Origin: Isosphaeraceae bacterium
GTDB taxonomy: Bacteria > Planctomycetota > Planctomycetia > Isosphaerales > Isosphaeraceae
Reading direction: 5' to 3'
NCBI GenBank assembly: GCA_965201075.1
Contig: CBDAVP010000010.1
Coordinates: 124,001 to 188,000, forward strand
DNA: 64,000 nt
The notes under the pieces were generated by a model. The model saw only the letters and a list, made by a program, of their open reading frames with translations, was not told the DNA's origin and did not search any database. A program made the position numbers and the translations under genes. Within the stretch, counting starts at the first letter, position 1. Each line of letters starts with the position of its first letter. Below are positions 1-10,226 of the stretch, in pieces.

Positions 1-2384
1 GGCCAGGCGAAGTCCGGCGCCAGGGCCGTGCAAACACCGAAGTCGCCGGCCGCCTCCAGGTTGCGCCCCTGCTTCAGGTGGCAGAGGCCCAGGGCGAACC
101 AGGCCCAGAAGCGTCGGCCGTCCAGAGCGACGGCGTGGGCCAGGGGGGTCTCGGCCCGGTCGGCGTGGCCGGCGGCCAGCAGGGCGACGCCTCGCAGGTA
201 GAAGTCTCGGCAAGTGGTCGGGACGAGTCCTTTGGCGTGGTCGCGGTCCCTGGCGGCGGCCTCGCCCCGACCGAGAGCGGCGAGGTCGCGGGCCCGCTCC
301 TCGAATAACGCCGCGGTGGGCCGGGGGTCGGCCCGCTCGGCCCGGTTCAGCCAGTCGACGGCGCGTTCGAGGGCCTCGCGGCGTCCCCGGTCGGTCGCGT
401 CGAAATGCCCGACCCGAGCCACCTCGGCGCGGGCCAGGAGTAGCTCCAGTTCGGCGATGTCCTCGCGGAGCCGGATGAGTTCGGCGGCCGAGAGGCGGTC
501 GGCGGGGGCGTGCTCGGTCCAGTCGGCTCGCCCGTCGGGGTCGAAGGACGCCAGGGCCTCCCGGGCCAGCTTGATCCCGGTGTCGATGTGTCCGGGCGGG
601 CCGTCGATGTTGAGCAGGAGTTGCGAACGGTCGAACGCGGCCCGAAAGTCGGCCAGTTTCAGCCGGGCCGCGGCGGTTTCCAGTTGGGACGAGAGGAACC
701 AGGCCATCGCCCAGCAGGTCAAGAGCAACAGCATCGCCGCCAGGCCGAGGTTCGAGGCGCTGGTGACTCGGGGGTTGCGACGCATCCACTTCGCGGCGCA
801 CTCTCGCAGACTCGGCTCGGGAGCGTGTTTCAAGGGCCGGTCGTCCAGCAGTCGCTGGAGGTCGTCGGCCAGGTAGGCGGCTCGGGCATAGCGACGGTCG
901 GGGTCGGGGTCCAGGAGCTTGCGCAGGACCGAATCGAGACCCCAGGGGGCTTGAGGGACGACCGACCGCAGCGAAGGCGCCGGGCCGGCCCGCTGCTCGG
1001 ACATTTCTCGCAGGGTGGAGACCAGGTCGGTTCCCCGGGCGGTTTCCGGGAAGGCGGGGCGGCCGGCGACCATCTCGAAGAGGATCAGGCCCAGGGAATA
1101 CAGGTCGGAACGCTCATCGACCGCTTCCGGAAGGGTGGAGCCCCGGGGATTGAAGGCGTCAAGGTGTTCCGGGGCCATGTAGGGTAAGGTTCCGCCGAGG
1201 CGGGTGCGGGCGTCGTGGGCCTCGGGCTGGGCGTCGGCCGAGAGGTTGAAGTCCAGCAGCATCGGGGTGCCGTCGGCGGCAATCAGAATGTTGGAGGGCT
1301 TGAGGTCGCGGTGCAGCAGCCCCCGGGAGTGGGCGTGCGCCAGCCCCTCGGCCAGCCTCGCGGCGATCCAGACCGAGGCCTGGATGTAGGTGGCGTGGAT
1401 CAGGTAGCGGCGAGAGGGCTGGTCCAGGTCCGAGACTGGCGACGACGACGTGGCCTCCGCGGCGGCTTCTGATCCAGCGGTCGAGCCGGTCGGGGCTGTC
1501 GCGACGGCTTTCGACCGTCGCCAGCCGGCCCAGGGGGTCGAGGGGGCGGCCGGAGGGGGCGTCGGGGCTCGCGCCGGCGCCGGCGACGAGGCCCGGGAGG
1601 CGGCGGGCCTCGACAGGTCGGCCAGGGCCGAGCCGGGGGCGTCGAGCCGGGTGCCGACGCGGTCCAGCGCTTCGACGAGGCTGAACCCGGTGGCCTGGCA
1701 AGGGAGTTTCGCCCCGGCCGCTTCCAGCACCTGCGCCAGGTTCGCTCCGCCGAGATAGGGCATGCACAGCAGGCGGAGGCCGGCCCGGGGATCGTCGTGG
1801 ACCGAGTGGATCGGGACGATATGCGTGTGCTGGAGCCGCGCCAGGGCGCGATGCTCGTCCCCCTGGATCTTGGAAGCCTTGAGCGCCACCGGACGGTTGG
1901 CGAGGTTGGCCTGCTGAGCCAGGTAGACGCGGGCGAAGGCGCCCCGACCGAGTTCCGACAGCACGAAGAACCCCGCCACCTCGTCGCCCGGCTCGGGGAA
2001 GGCTGGCGATGGGGATGCACTGGTGGCGCCTCCTCCGGGTGGGCCGAGGCCGCAATCGACCTCGAAGCCTCCCGAGCCGTCGTCGGCGCTGGTCCGGCTC
2101 AGGGTGGGCGCCAGCCCCGGTCCCGGTCCCGCACTGGCTTTCGCGCCCAGGCTGGCTGCCGTTGCCGCGGCCCGGGAGGGCTCGCGCACTCCCCTGGGCA
2201 GGCCGATGGTCCATGCTGGCACCGCGAACGGTCGGTTGGGGGCGGGTGGGGAGTCGGGCTGGGCGACCGTCGCGGAGGGGTCATCCGCCGAGCCGCCACA
2301 GCTTGGCCCCGGATCGCCCAGGTCCCAACCTCGGGCCAGGTCCCGGGCCATGTCGTCGCGATTCCAAGCCGCCGATCCGGCCAT
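1..2384 (-). CDS. Membrane-anchored Ser/Thr protein kinase with C-terminal TPR repeats (3' end outside window)
   Basis: Manual minus-strand translation (not in the ORF track because it runs off the window). Kinase motifs: ELGRGAFARVYLA, VALK, HRDLKPSNILI, LLDFNLS, GGTLPYMAPE, SDLYSLGLILFEM. A hydrophobic TM segment lies near 690-750 and TPR-like FWAWFALGLCH near 80-110. Start is ATG 2384 or 2351. Confidence 0.9.
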   Translation of the reverse strand, partial: MAGSAAWNRDDMARDLARGWDLGDPGPSCGGSADDPSATVAQPDSPPAPNRPFAVPAWTIGLPRGVREPSRAAATAASLGAKASAGPGPGLAPTLSRTSADDGSGGFEVDCGLGPPGGGATSASPSPAFPEPGDEVAGFFVLSELGRGAFARVYLAQQANLANRPVALKASKIQGDEHRALARLQHTHIVPIHSVHDDPRAGLRLLCMPYLGGANLAQVLEAAGAKLPCQATGFSLVEALDRVGTRLDAPGSALADLSRPAASRASSPAPARAPTPPPAAPSTPWAGWRRSKAVATAPTGSTAGSEAAAEATSSSPVSDLDQPSRRYLIHATYIQASVWIAARLAEGLAHAHSRGLLHRDLKPSNILIAADGTPMLLDFNLSADAQPEAHDARTRLGGTLPYMAPEHLDAFNPRGSTLPEAVDERSDLYSLGLILFEMVAGRPAFPETARGTDLVSTLREMSEQRAGPAPSLRSVVPQAPWGLDSVLRKLLDPDPDRRYARAAYLADDLQRLLDDRPLKHAPEPSLRECAAKWMRRNPRVTSASNLGLAAMLLLLTCWAMAWFLSSQLETAAARLKLADFRAAFDRSQLLLNIDGPPGHIDTGIKLAREALASFDPDGRADWTEHAPADRLSAAELIRLREDIAELELLLARAEVARVGHFDATDRGRREALERAVDWLNRAERADPRPTAALFEERARDLAALGRGEAAARDRDHAKGLVPTTCRDFYLRGVALLAAGHADRAETPLAHAVALDGRRFWAWFALGLCHLKQGRNLEAAGDFGVCTALAPDFAW

Positions 2385-2667
2385 CGCCCGCCCCCTTTAC
2401 TGGCCCCTGCCTTCGGCGGAGACTCCGTCGTCTCCGCCCGAGGAGGGCGCTCGTGATCCCTTGGATGAGCGGCTGATTAAGAGTCAGCCGCGTCCAGGCG
2501 CGAGTCCACTGGGGAGATAGGTCGCGGCCGGGGGATCGTCCAACCGGGTCGTCGGCGGGGACGGTCGCGGTGGCGGGATTTGGCGCGTCCTGGCATGTGA
2601 CCTAGGCTGGCGGGGATGGGGTGGCGAACCAGACCCTCGCAGGTCGCGGGGCCCAGGGGAGGGGAAG

Positions 2668-4215
2668 ATGGGTACGGCGATTTGCGGGACGGACGGCCTC
2701 CGGTCGGCGGTGGTGCCGGGCGGTTCGGGAGGACGACCGGGACCACAGCCGGGGCCGGCGGACCTGTCGACGCTGGCGTGGGGTCTGGCCCGGGAGTTCC
2801 GCGCTCCGGTGGGGCTGCTCGACCCGTCGTCCAGCCCGTCATGGGTCGCGAGGGCCGGGGCGCCGGCCGAGACGTTCCCCGACCCCCGAGTGGCCGCCGG
2901 GGTCGGGCCGGAGACGGCCGCGTTGGGACGGTCGACCCTCTGGGAATCGGGCCTTCCCTCAGCGCCGACCTGGCTAACCCTGGGTCTCGCCGGCCCCGAG
3001 GGCGTGGGACTGGTCGCCTGGGTGGGATTTGCCTCCTTTAACGGCTCAGGGCCCCGCGCCGGGTGGGGGCCCCCCTGCCCCGAGCCGGCCTTGCTGGCCT
3101 GGGGGGAACAGGTCGCCCGCCGACTGGCCGCCGCCGATTTTCAAGGCAGCCGACGCCAGGACCGGACCTTGCCCGAACGCCTCGCCCGTCGCCTGCGGGT
3201 CAATGACCCCCCCGGCCGATTCCAGAAGCTGGCCACCGCGGCGTTGCGCGAGGCGCTGGAGGTCGAGGCGGTCGCCTGGGTGCCGGCTTGCGTGAAGGAG
3301 AAGGTCGTCCTGGCCGGCTGCGTGGATGGGCTGAACTCCGAGGTCTGGCGTGCCCTGGCGGGTTCGGTCGATTCCGAACCCGTCCGAATCCAGGACCACC
3401 CGGTCGCGGCCCCTGGCGTGCGCCGAGTCGCGGTGGTTGCCGCCGATGTCCAGGCCCACGCCGGCTGGTTGCTGGCGGCCAACCCACGAGAGGGCCATGA
3501 CCTGGCAGAGGCCCTCGACACCATCCAGCCGGTCGCCTCGCTGATTGGCGTCCAGCACGCCAACGCTCAACTTTACGTCGACCTGAAAGACTTGCTGTTC
3601 GGGGTGATCCGGGCCCTGACCTCGGCCATCGACGCCAAGGACCCCTATACCTCGGGCCACTCCGAACGGGTCGCCCGCATCGCCACCCGCCTGGGAGAGG
3701 CCCTGAGTCTGCCCCCGCATCGGCTGGGGGACCTCTATCTGATGGGTCTACTGCATGACGTCGGCAAGATCGGCATTGAGGACGGCGTGCTGAAGAAGCC
3801 CGGTCGCCTCAGCCCGGCCGAGTATCGGTCGATCCAGGCCCACGTCAAGATCGGCGTTCACATCCTGTCGGATCTCAAGAAGCTGGCGCACTTGCTGCCC
3901 GGGGTGGCTTACCACCATGAGGCGCTCGACGGCTCGGGGTATCCCTCGGGCCTGTCGGGCGAGTCGATCCCCCTGCCGGCGCGAATCCTGGCGGTGGCCG
4001 ATGCCTTCGACGCGATGTCGAGTTCTCGGCCGTACCGTCGCCGGCTACCGCCCCACGAGATCGACGCGATCTTCCGCAAGGGCTCGGGAGTTCAGTGGGA
4101 CGCGCGGGTCGTCGACGCCCTGTTCGCCTGCCGGGGCGACCTCGACCGCATCCGCTCCAAGGGGCTCGGAGAGTCACTCCAGAGGGCCGTCGGCGACGCG
4201 TTGGACCGCGCCTGA
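2668..4215 (+). CDS. HD-GYP domain protein (putative cyclic-di-GMP phosphodiesterase) with degenerate N-terminal sensory region
   Basis: DAKDPYTSGHSERVA, LLHDVGKIG, HHEALDGSGYP, AVADAFDAMSSSRPYR. Confidence 0.92.
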   Translation: MGTAICGTDGLRSAVVPGGSGGRPGPQPGPADLSTLAWGLAREFRAPVGLLDPSSSPSWVARAGAPAETFPDPRVAAGVGPETAALGRSTLWESGLPSAPTWLTLGLAGPEGVGLVAWVGFASFNGSGPRAGWGPPCPEPALLAWGEQVARRLAAADFQGSRRQDRTLPERLARRLRVNDPPGRFQKLATAALREALEVEAVAWVPACVKEKVVLAGCVDGLNSEVWRALAGSVDSEPVRIQDHPVAAPGVRRVAVVAADVQAHAGWLLAANPREGHDLAEALDTIQPVASLIGVQHANAQLYVDLKDLLFGVIRALTSAIDAKDPYTSGHSERVARIATRLGEALSLPPHRLGDLYLMGLLHDVGKIGIEDGVLKKPGRLSPAEYRSIQAHVKIGVHILSDLKKLAHLLPGVAYHHEALDGSGYPSGLSGESIPLPARILAVADAFDAMSSSRPYRRRLPPHEIDAIFRKGSGVQWDARVVDALFACRGDLDRIRSKGLGESLQRAVGDALDRA

Positions 4216-4351
4216 TCCCCTCCGGCGGCGGTTCTTCCGGAGGATCGGTTTGGTGGATGTTGGCGAGCCGCGGGGGGCGACGGGCCAGTGACGCGGCGGG
4301 AGCGGCGGGGTACGCTCGGGCGGGCTCGTCGACGGCCGGAGGTTCCTCCCC

Positions 4352-5974
4352 ATGCGTCCCTGGTTCGCGATCGCCGCAACCCTGTTCGTGATCGTCAGTG
4401 GCGGCCCCTCGGCAATGGCGGAGGCCTCCGCGCACCGACGGCCGAACATCCTGCTCATCCTGGCCGATGACGTCGGTTACAGCGACCTCGGCTGCCAGGG
4501 GGGCGAGATTCCGACGCCGAACCTCGATGCGTTGGCCTCGGGCGGGGCGAGGTTCACTCACTTCTACAACTCGGCGCGGTGCTGTCCCACGCGCGCCTCG
4601 TTGCTGACCGGCGTCCATCCAGCCCAGGCAGGCTTTCTGGACATGACCGGCCGGTTGCCGACCCGCGTGGTGACACTTCCCGAAGTGCTTCGAGACTCGG
4701 GCTACCAGACTTACATGGTCGGGAAGTGGCATCTCAGCCACGAGACCAAGCCGACCGACCGGGGCTTCGACGAGTTTTATGGAATGCTCGGCGGGTTCAA
4801 CAGTTGCTGGCGGGAAGATCCATTTTACACCCGCTGGCCGAAGGGGCGGGCGAAGCGGTTTTATGCCCCCGGGACGTTTTACTCGACCGACGTGTTTGGC
4901 GATTACGCCCTGGACTTTCTGGAGAAGGGACGGGAGACCGGCAAGCCCTGGTTCCTCTACCTGGCGTTCAACGCGGCCCATTTCCCCCTGCATGCGCCGG
5001 AGAAGGACATCCGCCGTTATGAATCGACCTATGCCGAGGGCTGGGACAAACTGCGAGTGAGGCGGCTGGCGAGGATGAAGGCACTGGGGCTGGTGTCGGA
5101 CAGCCTCGAACTTCCGCCGAGGCAGGTGGTCCCGAGGAACTGGGCCAACTCGAAGAAGCCGTCGGCCGGCCGAGAGGTGCCGGCCTGGGAGTCGTTGCCC
5201 GAGGACCGCCGCAAGGACCTGGCTCGCCGGATGGCGACGTATGCGGCGATGGTCGACCGGATGGACCGCGACATCGGCCGGGTGGTCGAGTTCCTGAAGC
5301 GAACCGGCCAGTTCGAGGACACCTTGATCCTCTACCTGTCGGATAATGGCGCCTGCGGGGAGTGGGACCCGTTCGGCTTCGATGGGGAATCCGGGCCGAG
5401 CAATACGTTGCACGAGGGCGAGGATCTGCGATCGATCGGCGCTCCGGGCAGTTTCGCCAGCTATGGGAGCGGTTGGGCCAACGCTTGCACGACGCCGTAT
5501 CGCTTCTACAAGCAGTATGCCCACGAGGGAGGCATCCTCACGCCGTTGATTGTTCACTACCCCTCGGGCTTGACGCTCAAGCCGGGGACTTTGGTCCGCC
5601 GGCCCGGTTATCTCACCGACGTGACGCCGACCTGCCTGGAGGTGGCCGGGGCATCGTACCCCACCGAACGCTCGGGCGAGGCGATCTTGCCGGCGGAGGG
5701 GGCCAGCCTTTGGCCGTTGCTGACCGGCGGCGATCGCCCGAATCGTCCCATCTTCATCGAGCATGAAGGGAGCCAGGCCATCCGCGATGGGGACTGGAAG
5801 CTGGTTCGGGAGCGGGGCGGGCATCCCTGGGAGCTTTATGACCTGACCGCCGACCCGACCGAGGTCCACGACCGCTCGGCCGAGAGACCCGATCTTGTGA
5901 AGTCGCTGGCTGGCGAGTGGTCTGACTGGGCCCGTCGTTGTGGGGTTGAGGGGGGAGCTGTCGGCGCCGAGTGA
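4352..5974 (+). CDS. Secreted arylsulfatase (formylglycine-dependent)
   Basis: Signal peptide, RPNILLILADDVGY, CxPxR motif CCPTRASLLTG, GKWHL, SDNG, ELYDL..DPTE. Confidence 0.93.
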   Translation: MRPWFAIAATLFVIVSGGPSAMAEASAHRRPNILLILADDVGYSDLGCQGGEIPTPNLDALASGGARFTHFYNSARCCPTRASLLTGVHPAQAGFLDMTGRLPTRVVTLPEVLRDSGYQTYMVGKWHLSHETKPTDRGFDEFYGMLGGFNSCWREDPFYTRWPKGRAKRFYAPGTFYSTDVFGDYALDFLEKGRETGKPWFLYLAFNAAHFPLHAPEKDIRRYESTYAEGWDKLRVRRLARMKALGLVSDSLELPPRQVVPRNWANSKKPSAGREVPAWESLPEDRRKDLARRMATYAAMVDRMDRDIGRVVEFLKRTGQFEDTLILYLSDNGACGEWDPFGFDGESGPSNTLHEGEDLRSIGAPGSFASYGSGWANACTTPYRFYKQYAHEGGILTPLIVHYPSGLTLKPGTLVRRPGYLTDVTPTCLEVAGASYPTERSGEAILPAEGASLWPLLTGGDRPNRPIFIEHEGSQAIRDGDWKLVRERGGHPWELYDLTADPTEVHDRSAERPDLVKSLAGEWSDWARRCGVEGGAVGAE

Positions 5975-5976
5975 GA

Positions 5977-6750
5977 TCAAGGGCGACGTTTGGGTTCGCT
6001 CTCGGGTGAAGTGAATCCGAACTCGGAGAGGGTGGCCTGGCCCTCCTTGCTCAGCAGGTATTTGGCGAACGCGCCGGCGTCGGCGTCTCGCTGGGTCCGG
6101 GTGACGATCCCCATTCCCTGGAGGATCGGGTCGTACAGTTTGGGGTCGACCTCGACGACGCGGACTTCCTTCACGTTGGCGATCGAGCGGCCGACCAATG
6201 CGGCTTCGGCGTTTCCGGTCTGGACGAACTGGAGAGCCTGGCGGACCGACTCGGCCTGGACTCGTTTGGCGGCGGTGGCGTCCCAGAGGCGGGCGCGTTC
6301 GAGGGCCTGTTTCGCCGCGGCGCCATAAGGGGCGGTGCGCGGGTTGGCCAGGGCGAGGGCTTTGACCTCGGGGCGGGTCAGGTCGTTCAGGGTTTGGATC
6401 GGAACCCTGGAGTCGCGGTTCACCACCAGAACGAGCGAACCCCGGGCGTAGGGGCGGACCGAGTCGGGCCGGACGTCGCCGGTGCTGGCCAGGTCGCGGA
6501 CGAATTTCAGGTTGGCCGACAGGAAGACGTCGAACGGGGCGCCGGCTTTGATCTGATCGGCCAGTTGACCCGAGGCGCCGAAGGTGGGGGCGACCTCGAT
6601 ACCGGTGGAGGCGCGGAAGCGACGGGCGACCTCGGGCAAGGCGGCCTGAAGGTCGCTGGCGGCGGCCACGCGAAGCGGCTCGGCGGCGAGAGTTGACACG
6701 CCACAGGCCAGGGTCGGGAGGGTCAACAGTAATCGGCGTAACATCTTCAT
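5977..6750 (-). CDS. modA: Molybdate ABC transporter substrate-binding protein
   Basis: Signal peptide, VAAASDL, FGASGQLADQIKAGAPFDVFLSAN, ANPRTAPYGAAA; start may be 6750 or 6774. Confidence 0.9.
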   Translation of the reverse strand: MKMLRRLLLTLPTLACGVSTLAAEPLRVAAASDLQAALPEVARRFRASTGIEVAPTFGASGQLADQIKAGAPFDVFLSANLKFVRDLASTGDVRPDSVRPYARGSLVLVVNRDSRVPIQTLNDLTRPEVKALALANPRTAPYGAAAKQALERARLWDATAAKRVQAESVRQALQFVQTGNAEAALVGRSIANVKEVRVVEVDPKLYDPILQGMGIVTRTQRDADAGAFAKYLLSKEGQATLSEFGFTSPESEPKRRP

Positions 6751-6901
6751 GCGGTGTCCCTTGGGTCGAGCCATCCTCGGTCACCGCGAGGGAGGAGTCA
6801 AGGGGTGCGGATTGCGGGGGGATGGGGCGATCGGGTATGACGGAGCCCTTGGCCCGCCAAGGTTGGCCGGGGGGATCTGACGAGGCGCCACGGGCGAGAT
6901 C

Positions 6902-8386
6902 ATGAAGATTGACCAGTTCCTGAAGCATTACGGGATCACCGGCAACCCGTTCAGCGAGGAGGACGCGCAGACCGACACGGTCTTCAAGCGCGGCTGCCTC
7001 TGGAAAATTCACCATCCCGCCTGGGACAAGTTCTTCGGCAGCCCCGCCGACCCCTCGACCGCGTTGGTCTTCGGCGAGAAGGGCAGCGGCAAGACGGCCT
7101 TGCGGCTCCAGGTCAACGCCGAACTCGAGGCTTACAACGAGAAGCATCCCGGAGAGCGGGTGTTCTCAATCTCCTACGACGACTTCAACCCATTCCTGGA
7201 CCATTTTCGCTCCGCCGTCGGGGCCAAGGACGCCGCCCAGGCCCTGGGGAGATTCCGCCTCCAGGACCACATGGACGCGATCCTGGCGCTGGGCGTGACG
7301 AAGCTGGTCGACCAGTTGACCGCCGAGCGGACCGACCTGTCACCCCTGACCCTGGACCAGCGTCGCGACCTGCTGCTTTTGGCGGCGCTGTACGACCAGT
7401 CGACCGGCGAGCCGATCGAGCGTCGCTGGGACCGCCTGCGAAGGCGCTCGGGGTTCCGCCCCTTGTGGAGCCGTCGCGACTTGCAGGTGGGGGTGGTGAC
7501 GACCTTGGTCGTGGTGGCCTTGCTGGCGGCCTTGCCGTCGTTGCGGGGCTGGAGCATCACCCCCTGGCTTTTACTGGCGGTGCTGGCCGGTTGGCTTTAC
7601 TGGGGATGGCGACTGACGAGGGCGGTCTGGTACGCCAACGGCATTCGCCGGGGGCTCCGGGTTTTGAGCCGCGACCCCTGGGCCCTGCGCTGGGAACTGC
7701 TTTGGTTTAGTCCCGGAGAGATCGGCGGCCAGCCGTTGCCGACGGCCGTCAAGGGGGGCGGCGAGGAACGCTACGAGTTGCTGAGGAAGTTCCAGTCGCT
7801 GCTGACCAGCCTGGGCTACGCGGGGGTGGTCGTGCTGATCGACCGCGTTGACGAACCCCAGGCGATCGAGGGGGACCCTCGCAAGATGCGGGCGCTGGTG
7901 TGGCCGTTGCTGGATCATAAATTCCTGCGTCACCCGGGAATCGGGATCAAGCTGCTGTTGCCGATCGAGCTCGCGTACTACCTGGAGAAGGAAGACAAGG
8001 ATTTCTACGACCGCGCCCGGCCCGACAAGCTGAACATGATCAAGCCGTTGCGCTGGACCGGTCCGTCGCTGTACGACTTGGCCTCCGACCGCCTGCGAGC
8101 CTGCGCCACCGAGGGCAACGGCGTGGCCCCTGCGGATGGCAAGGGGCCGAGGCTTCGGCAGTTCGTTGATGAGTCGGTCAGCGACGACTCCTTGAAGGAC
8201 GCGTTGGGGAACCTCCGAACGCCCCGGCAACTGTTCAAGTTCCTCCACCGTTTGCTGGAGGAGCATTGCCACCGCCACACCGAGGACGAGCCTCGCTGGT
8301 CGGTCGATGGCGACACCTTCCGCACGGTTTACTCGGCCCACCTGCGGGACATCGAGGCGTTCGACCGCGGCTACGGCCACGGTTGA
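6902..8386 (+). CDS. Uncharacterised P-loop NTPase with an internal transmembrane hairpin
   Basis: Walker A GEKGSGKT and Walker B-like [10 protein letters not shown], with two hydrophobic segments between them ([31 protein letters not shown]). Confidence 0.75.
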   Translation: MKIDQFLKHYGITGNPFSEEDAQTDTVFKRGCLWKIHHPAWDKFFGSPADPSTALVFGEKGSGKTALRLQVNAELEAYNEKHPGERVFSISYDDFNPFLDHFRSAVGAKDAAQALGRFRLQDHMDAILALGVTKLVDQLTAERTDLSPLTLDQRRDLLLLAALYDQSTGEPIERRWDRLRRRSGFRPLWSRRDLQVGVVTTLVVVALLAALPSLRGWSITPWLLLAVLAGWLYWGWRLTRAVWYANGIRRGLRVLSRDPWALRWELLWFSPGEIGGQPLPTAVKGGGEERYELLRKFQSLLTSLGYAGVVVLIDRVDEPQAIEGDPRKMRALVWPLLDHKFLRHPGIGIKLLLPIELAYYLEKEDKDFYDRARPDKLNMIKPLRWTGPSLYDLASDRLRACATEGNGVAPADGKGPRLRQFVDESVSDDSLKDALGNLRTPRQLFKFLHRLLEEHCHRHTEDEPRWSVDGDTFRTVYSAHLRDIEAFDRGYGHG

Positions 8387-8408
8387 GGATCGGGCGGGCC
8401 GAACCCTC

Positions 8409-9008
8409 ATGCCCAATTCCGGCCGATCGCGCGTCCTGGCGCTCTTCAAGCCGTATGACGTCTTGACGCAGTTCACCGACGAGGCCGGCCGGACGACTCT
8501 CAAGGCGTTCGTGCCGGTTCCGGAGGTTTATCCGGTCGGCCGGCTTGACCGGGACAGCGAGGGGTTGTTGTTGCTGACCGATGACGGCGGTCTGGCCCAC
8601 CGTCTGACCGACCCGCGATTCGGCCATCCCCGCACCTATCTGGCCCAGGTCGAACACGTCCCAAGTCCTGAGGCGTTGGAGCAACTACGGCGTGGGGTGA
8701 TGCTCAAGGACGGGCCGACGCGGCCGGCCGGGGCACGCTTACTGGCCGAGCCGCCCCCCCTGCCCGACCGCCCGGTGCCGATTCGATACCGCAAGAACGT
8801 GCCGACGGCCTGGCTGGAACTGGTGCTGACCGAGGGACGCAACCGCCAGGTGCGCCGGATGACCGCCGCGGTGGGGTTTCCGACCTTGCGATTGGTGAGG
8901 GTGGCGATCGGGGAAATCACCCTGGATGGTCTGACGCCCGGACAGTGGCGCGACCTGAACCCCGCCGAACGCGCCTCGCTCGATCGCCGGCCCCGCCGCC
9001 CCGGATAG
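8409..9008 (+). CDS. rluE: rRNA pseudouridine synthase (RsuA/RluE family, no S4 domain)
   Basis: LFKPYDVL, catalytic [37 protein letters not shown]. Confidence 0.82.
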   Translation: MPNSGRSRVLALFKPYDVLTQFTDEAGRTTLKAFVPVPEVYPVGRLDRDSEGLLLLTDDGGLAHRLTDPRFGHPRTYLAQVEHVPSPEALEQLRRGVMLKDGPTRPAGARLLAEPPPLPDRPVPIRYRKNVPTAWLELVLTEGRNRQVRRMTAAVGFPTLRLVRVAIGEITLDGLTPGQWRDLNPAERASLDRRPRRPG

Positions 9009-9067
9009 CCGACCTGTCGCTCGCGCGTGTACACTGGTCCCGGGGTGACTCGCGTCGAGGACCGGTG

Positions 9068-9610
9068 ATGGACCCGTTGATCGTGACCCTCGGGTTCGAC
9101 CCCGAGACGTTCCGGCGCCTGGACGAACTGCGACGACGGTACTTTCCGCCCGAGCGGAATGTCGTCCCAGCGCACGTCTCGCTCTTCCACGCCCTGCCGG
9201 GAGACGACCCAGACACGGTCATCGCGACCCTGGCCGACGTCGCCAGCGCGAACGCCCCCCTGCCCTTGCGGTTCGCGTCGCTGAAGCGACTGGGCCGAGG
9301 GATGGCAATCTCGGTGGAGGCTTCGGGCCTGTTGGCGGTTCATCGGGATCTGGCCCGGTTGTTCGCTGGTGGGTTGACCGCACAGGACCGCCAGCCGTTC
9401 CGGCCGCACGTCACGATCATGAACAAGGCCGAACCCGAGGAAGCCCGCGCCGCGTTTGCCCATCTGGGGGCGTCGTGGGCACCCTGGGAAGGGGTCGGCG
9501 TGGGGTTGTGCCTTTGGTCGTATCGGGGCGGGCCATGGGAACTGGTCGCGGAATTCCCCTTCCCGGGGGATTCGGGTAGAACGGCGGCGAGGCCCGAGGC
9601 GACGGAATGA
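9068..9610 (+). CDS. 2H phosphoesterase (2'-5' RNA ligase superfamily)
   Basis: Two HxS/T motifs: PAHVSLF and FRPHVTI. Confidence 0.85.
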   Translation: MDPLIVTLGFDPETFRRLDELRRRYFPPERNVVPAHVSLFHALPGDDPDTVIATLADVASANAPLPLRFASLKRLGRGMAISVEASGLLAVHRDLARLFAGGLTAQDRQPFRPHVTIMNKAEPEEARAAFAHLGASWAPWEGVGVGLCLWSYRGGPWELVAEFPFPGDSGRTAARPEATE

Positions 9611-9623
9611 GGAGGGAACTGCG

Positions 9624-10226
9624 ATGGCCACCGATTCCCGGGTTCGCACCGGCCTGACGCTGGAGGAGTTCCTTCGGCGGCCCGACCTTGGGGAAAAACC
9701 CCACCTCGAATACATCGACGGCCGAATCGAGGCGAAAGTGGCCGCGTTCAAGACGCACAGCGTCCTTCAAGATGAAATGGCGGCGTCCCTGAATGGGTTC
9801 GCCAGGCCACGGGGGTTGGGACGTGCCTTCCCCGAACTGCGTTGTACCTTCGCCGGCCGGTCGATCATCCCCAATGTCACATTCTTGCTTGATGACTACA
9901 TCGCGTTGGACGAACGTGGGATGTATGCCGACGAGACTCCCATTCCGCCGGATCTCCACATCAAAATCCTTTCTCCCGATCGCCGCGAGAAGAAGACCCG
10001 CGAGAAGATGATTCACTCGACGGCCAACGGCTGTCCCCTGGGCTGGATGATCCACCCGGATGGTCTGACGATCCACGTCTTCCGTCCTGGCCGCGAGCCG
10101 GAGTTGCTGCCGCCCGACGGGGTGCAGGACGGTGCCCCCGTCTTGCCAGGGTTCCTCTTGCGGGTCTCCGAGGTGTTCGACTGGCTGGTGGTGCGTCGGC
10201 CGCCGCCGCCCGGGGGAACCGGATGA
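9624..10226 (+). CDS. Uma2/DUF820 family restriction-like endonuclease, active site apparently altered
   Basis: LTLEEFL, LEYIDG, PPDLHIKILSP, VLPGF. The expected PD and E of the family read PN and K. Overlaps the helicase start (ATGA). Confidence 0.8.
   Translation: MATDSRVRTGLTLEEFLRRPDLGEKPHLEYIDGRIEAKVAAFKTHSVLQDEMAASLNGFARPRGLGRAFPELRCTFAGRSIIPNVTFLLDDYIALDERGMYADETPIPPDLHIKILSPDRREKKTREKMIHSTANGCPLGWMIHPDGLTIHVFRPGREPELLPPDGVQDGAPVLPGFLLRVSEVFDWLVVRRPPPPGGTG

Noticed and set aside
5977..6750. modA without modB/modC, convergent on a sulfatase
   Set aside because: Split mod loci are common and no functional link can be supported from the sequence
3875..7147. 1090-aa minus-strand ORF
   Set aside because: Shadow frame antisense to the sulfatase and overlapping modA; Arg/Pro/Gly-rich with no motifs, typical of high-GC DNA
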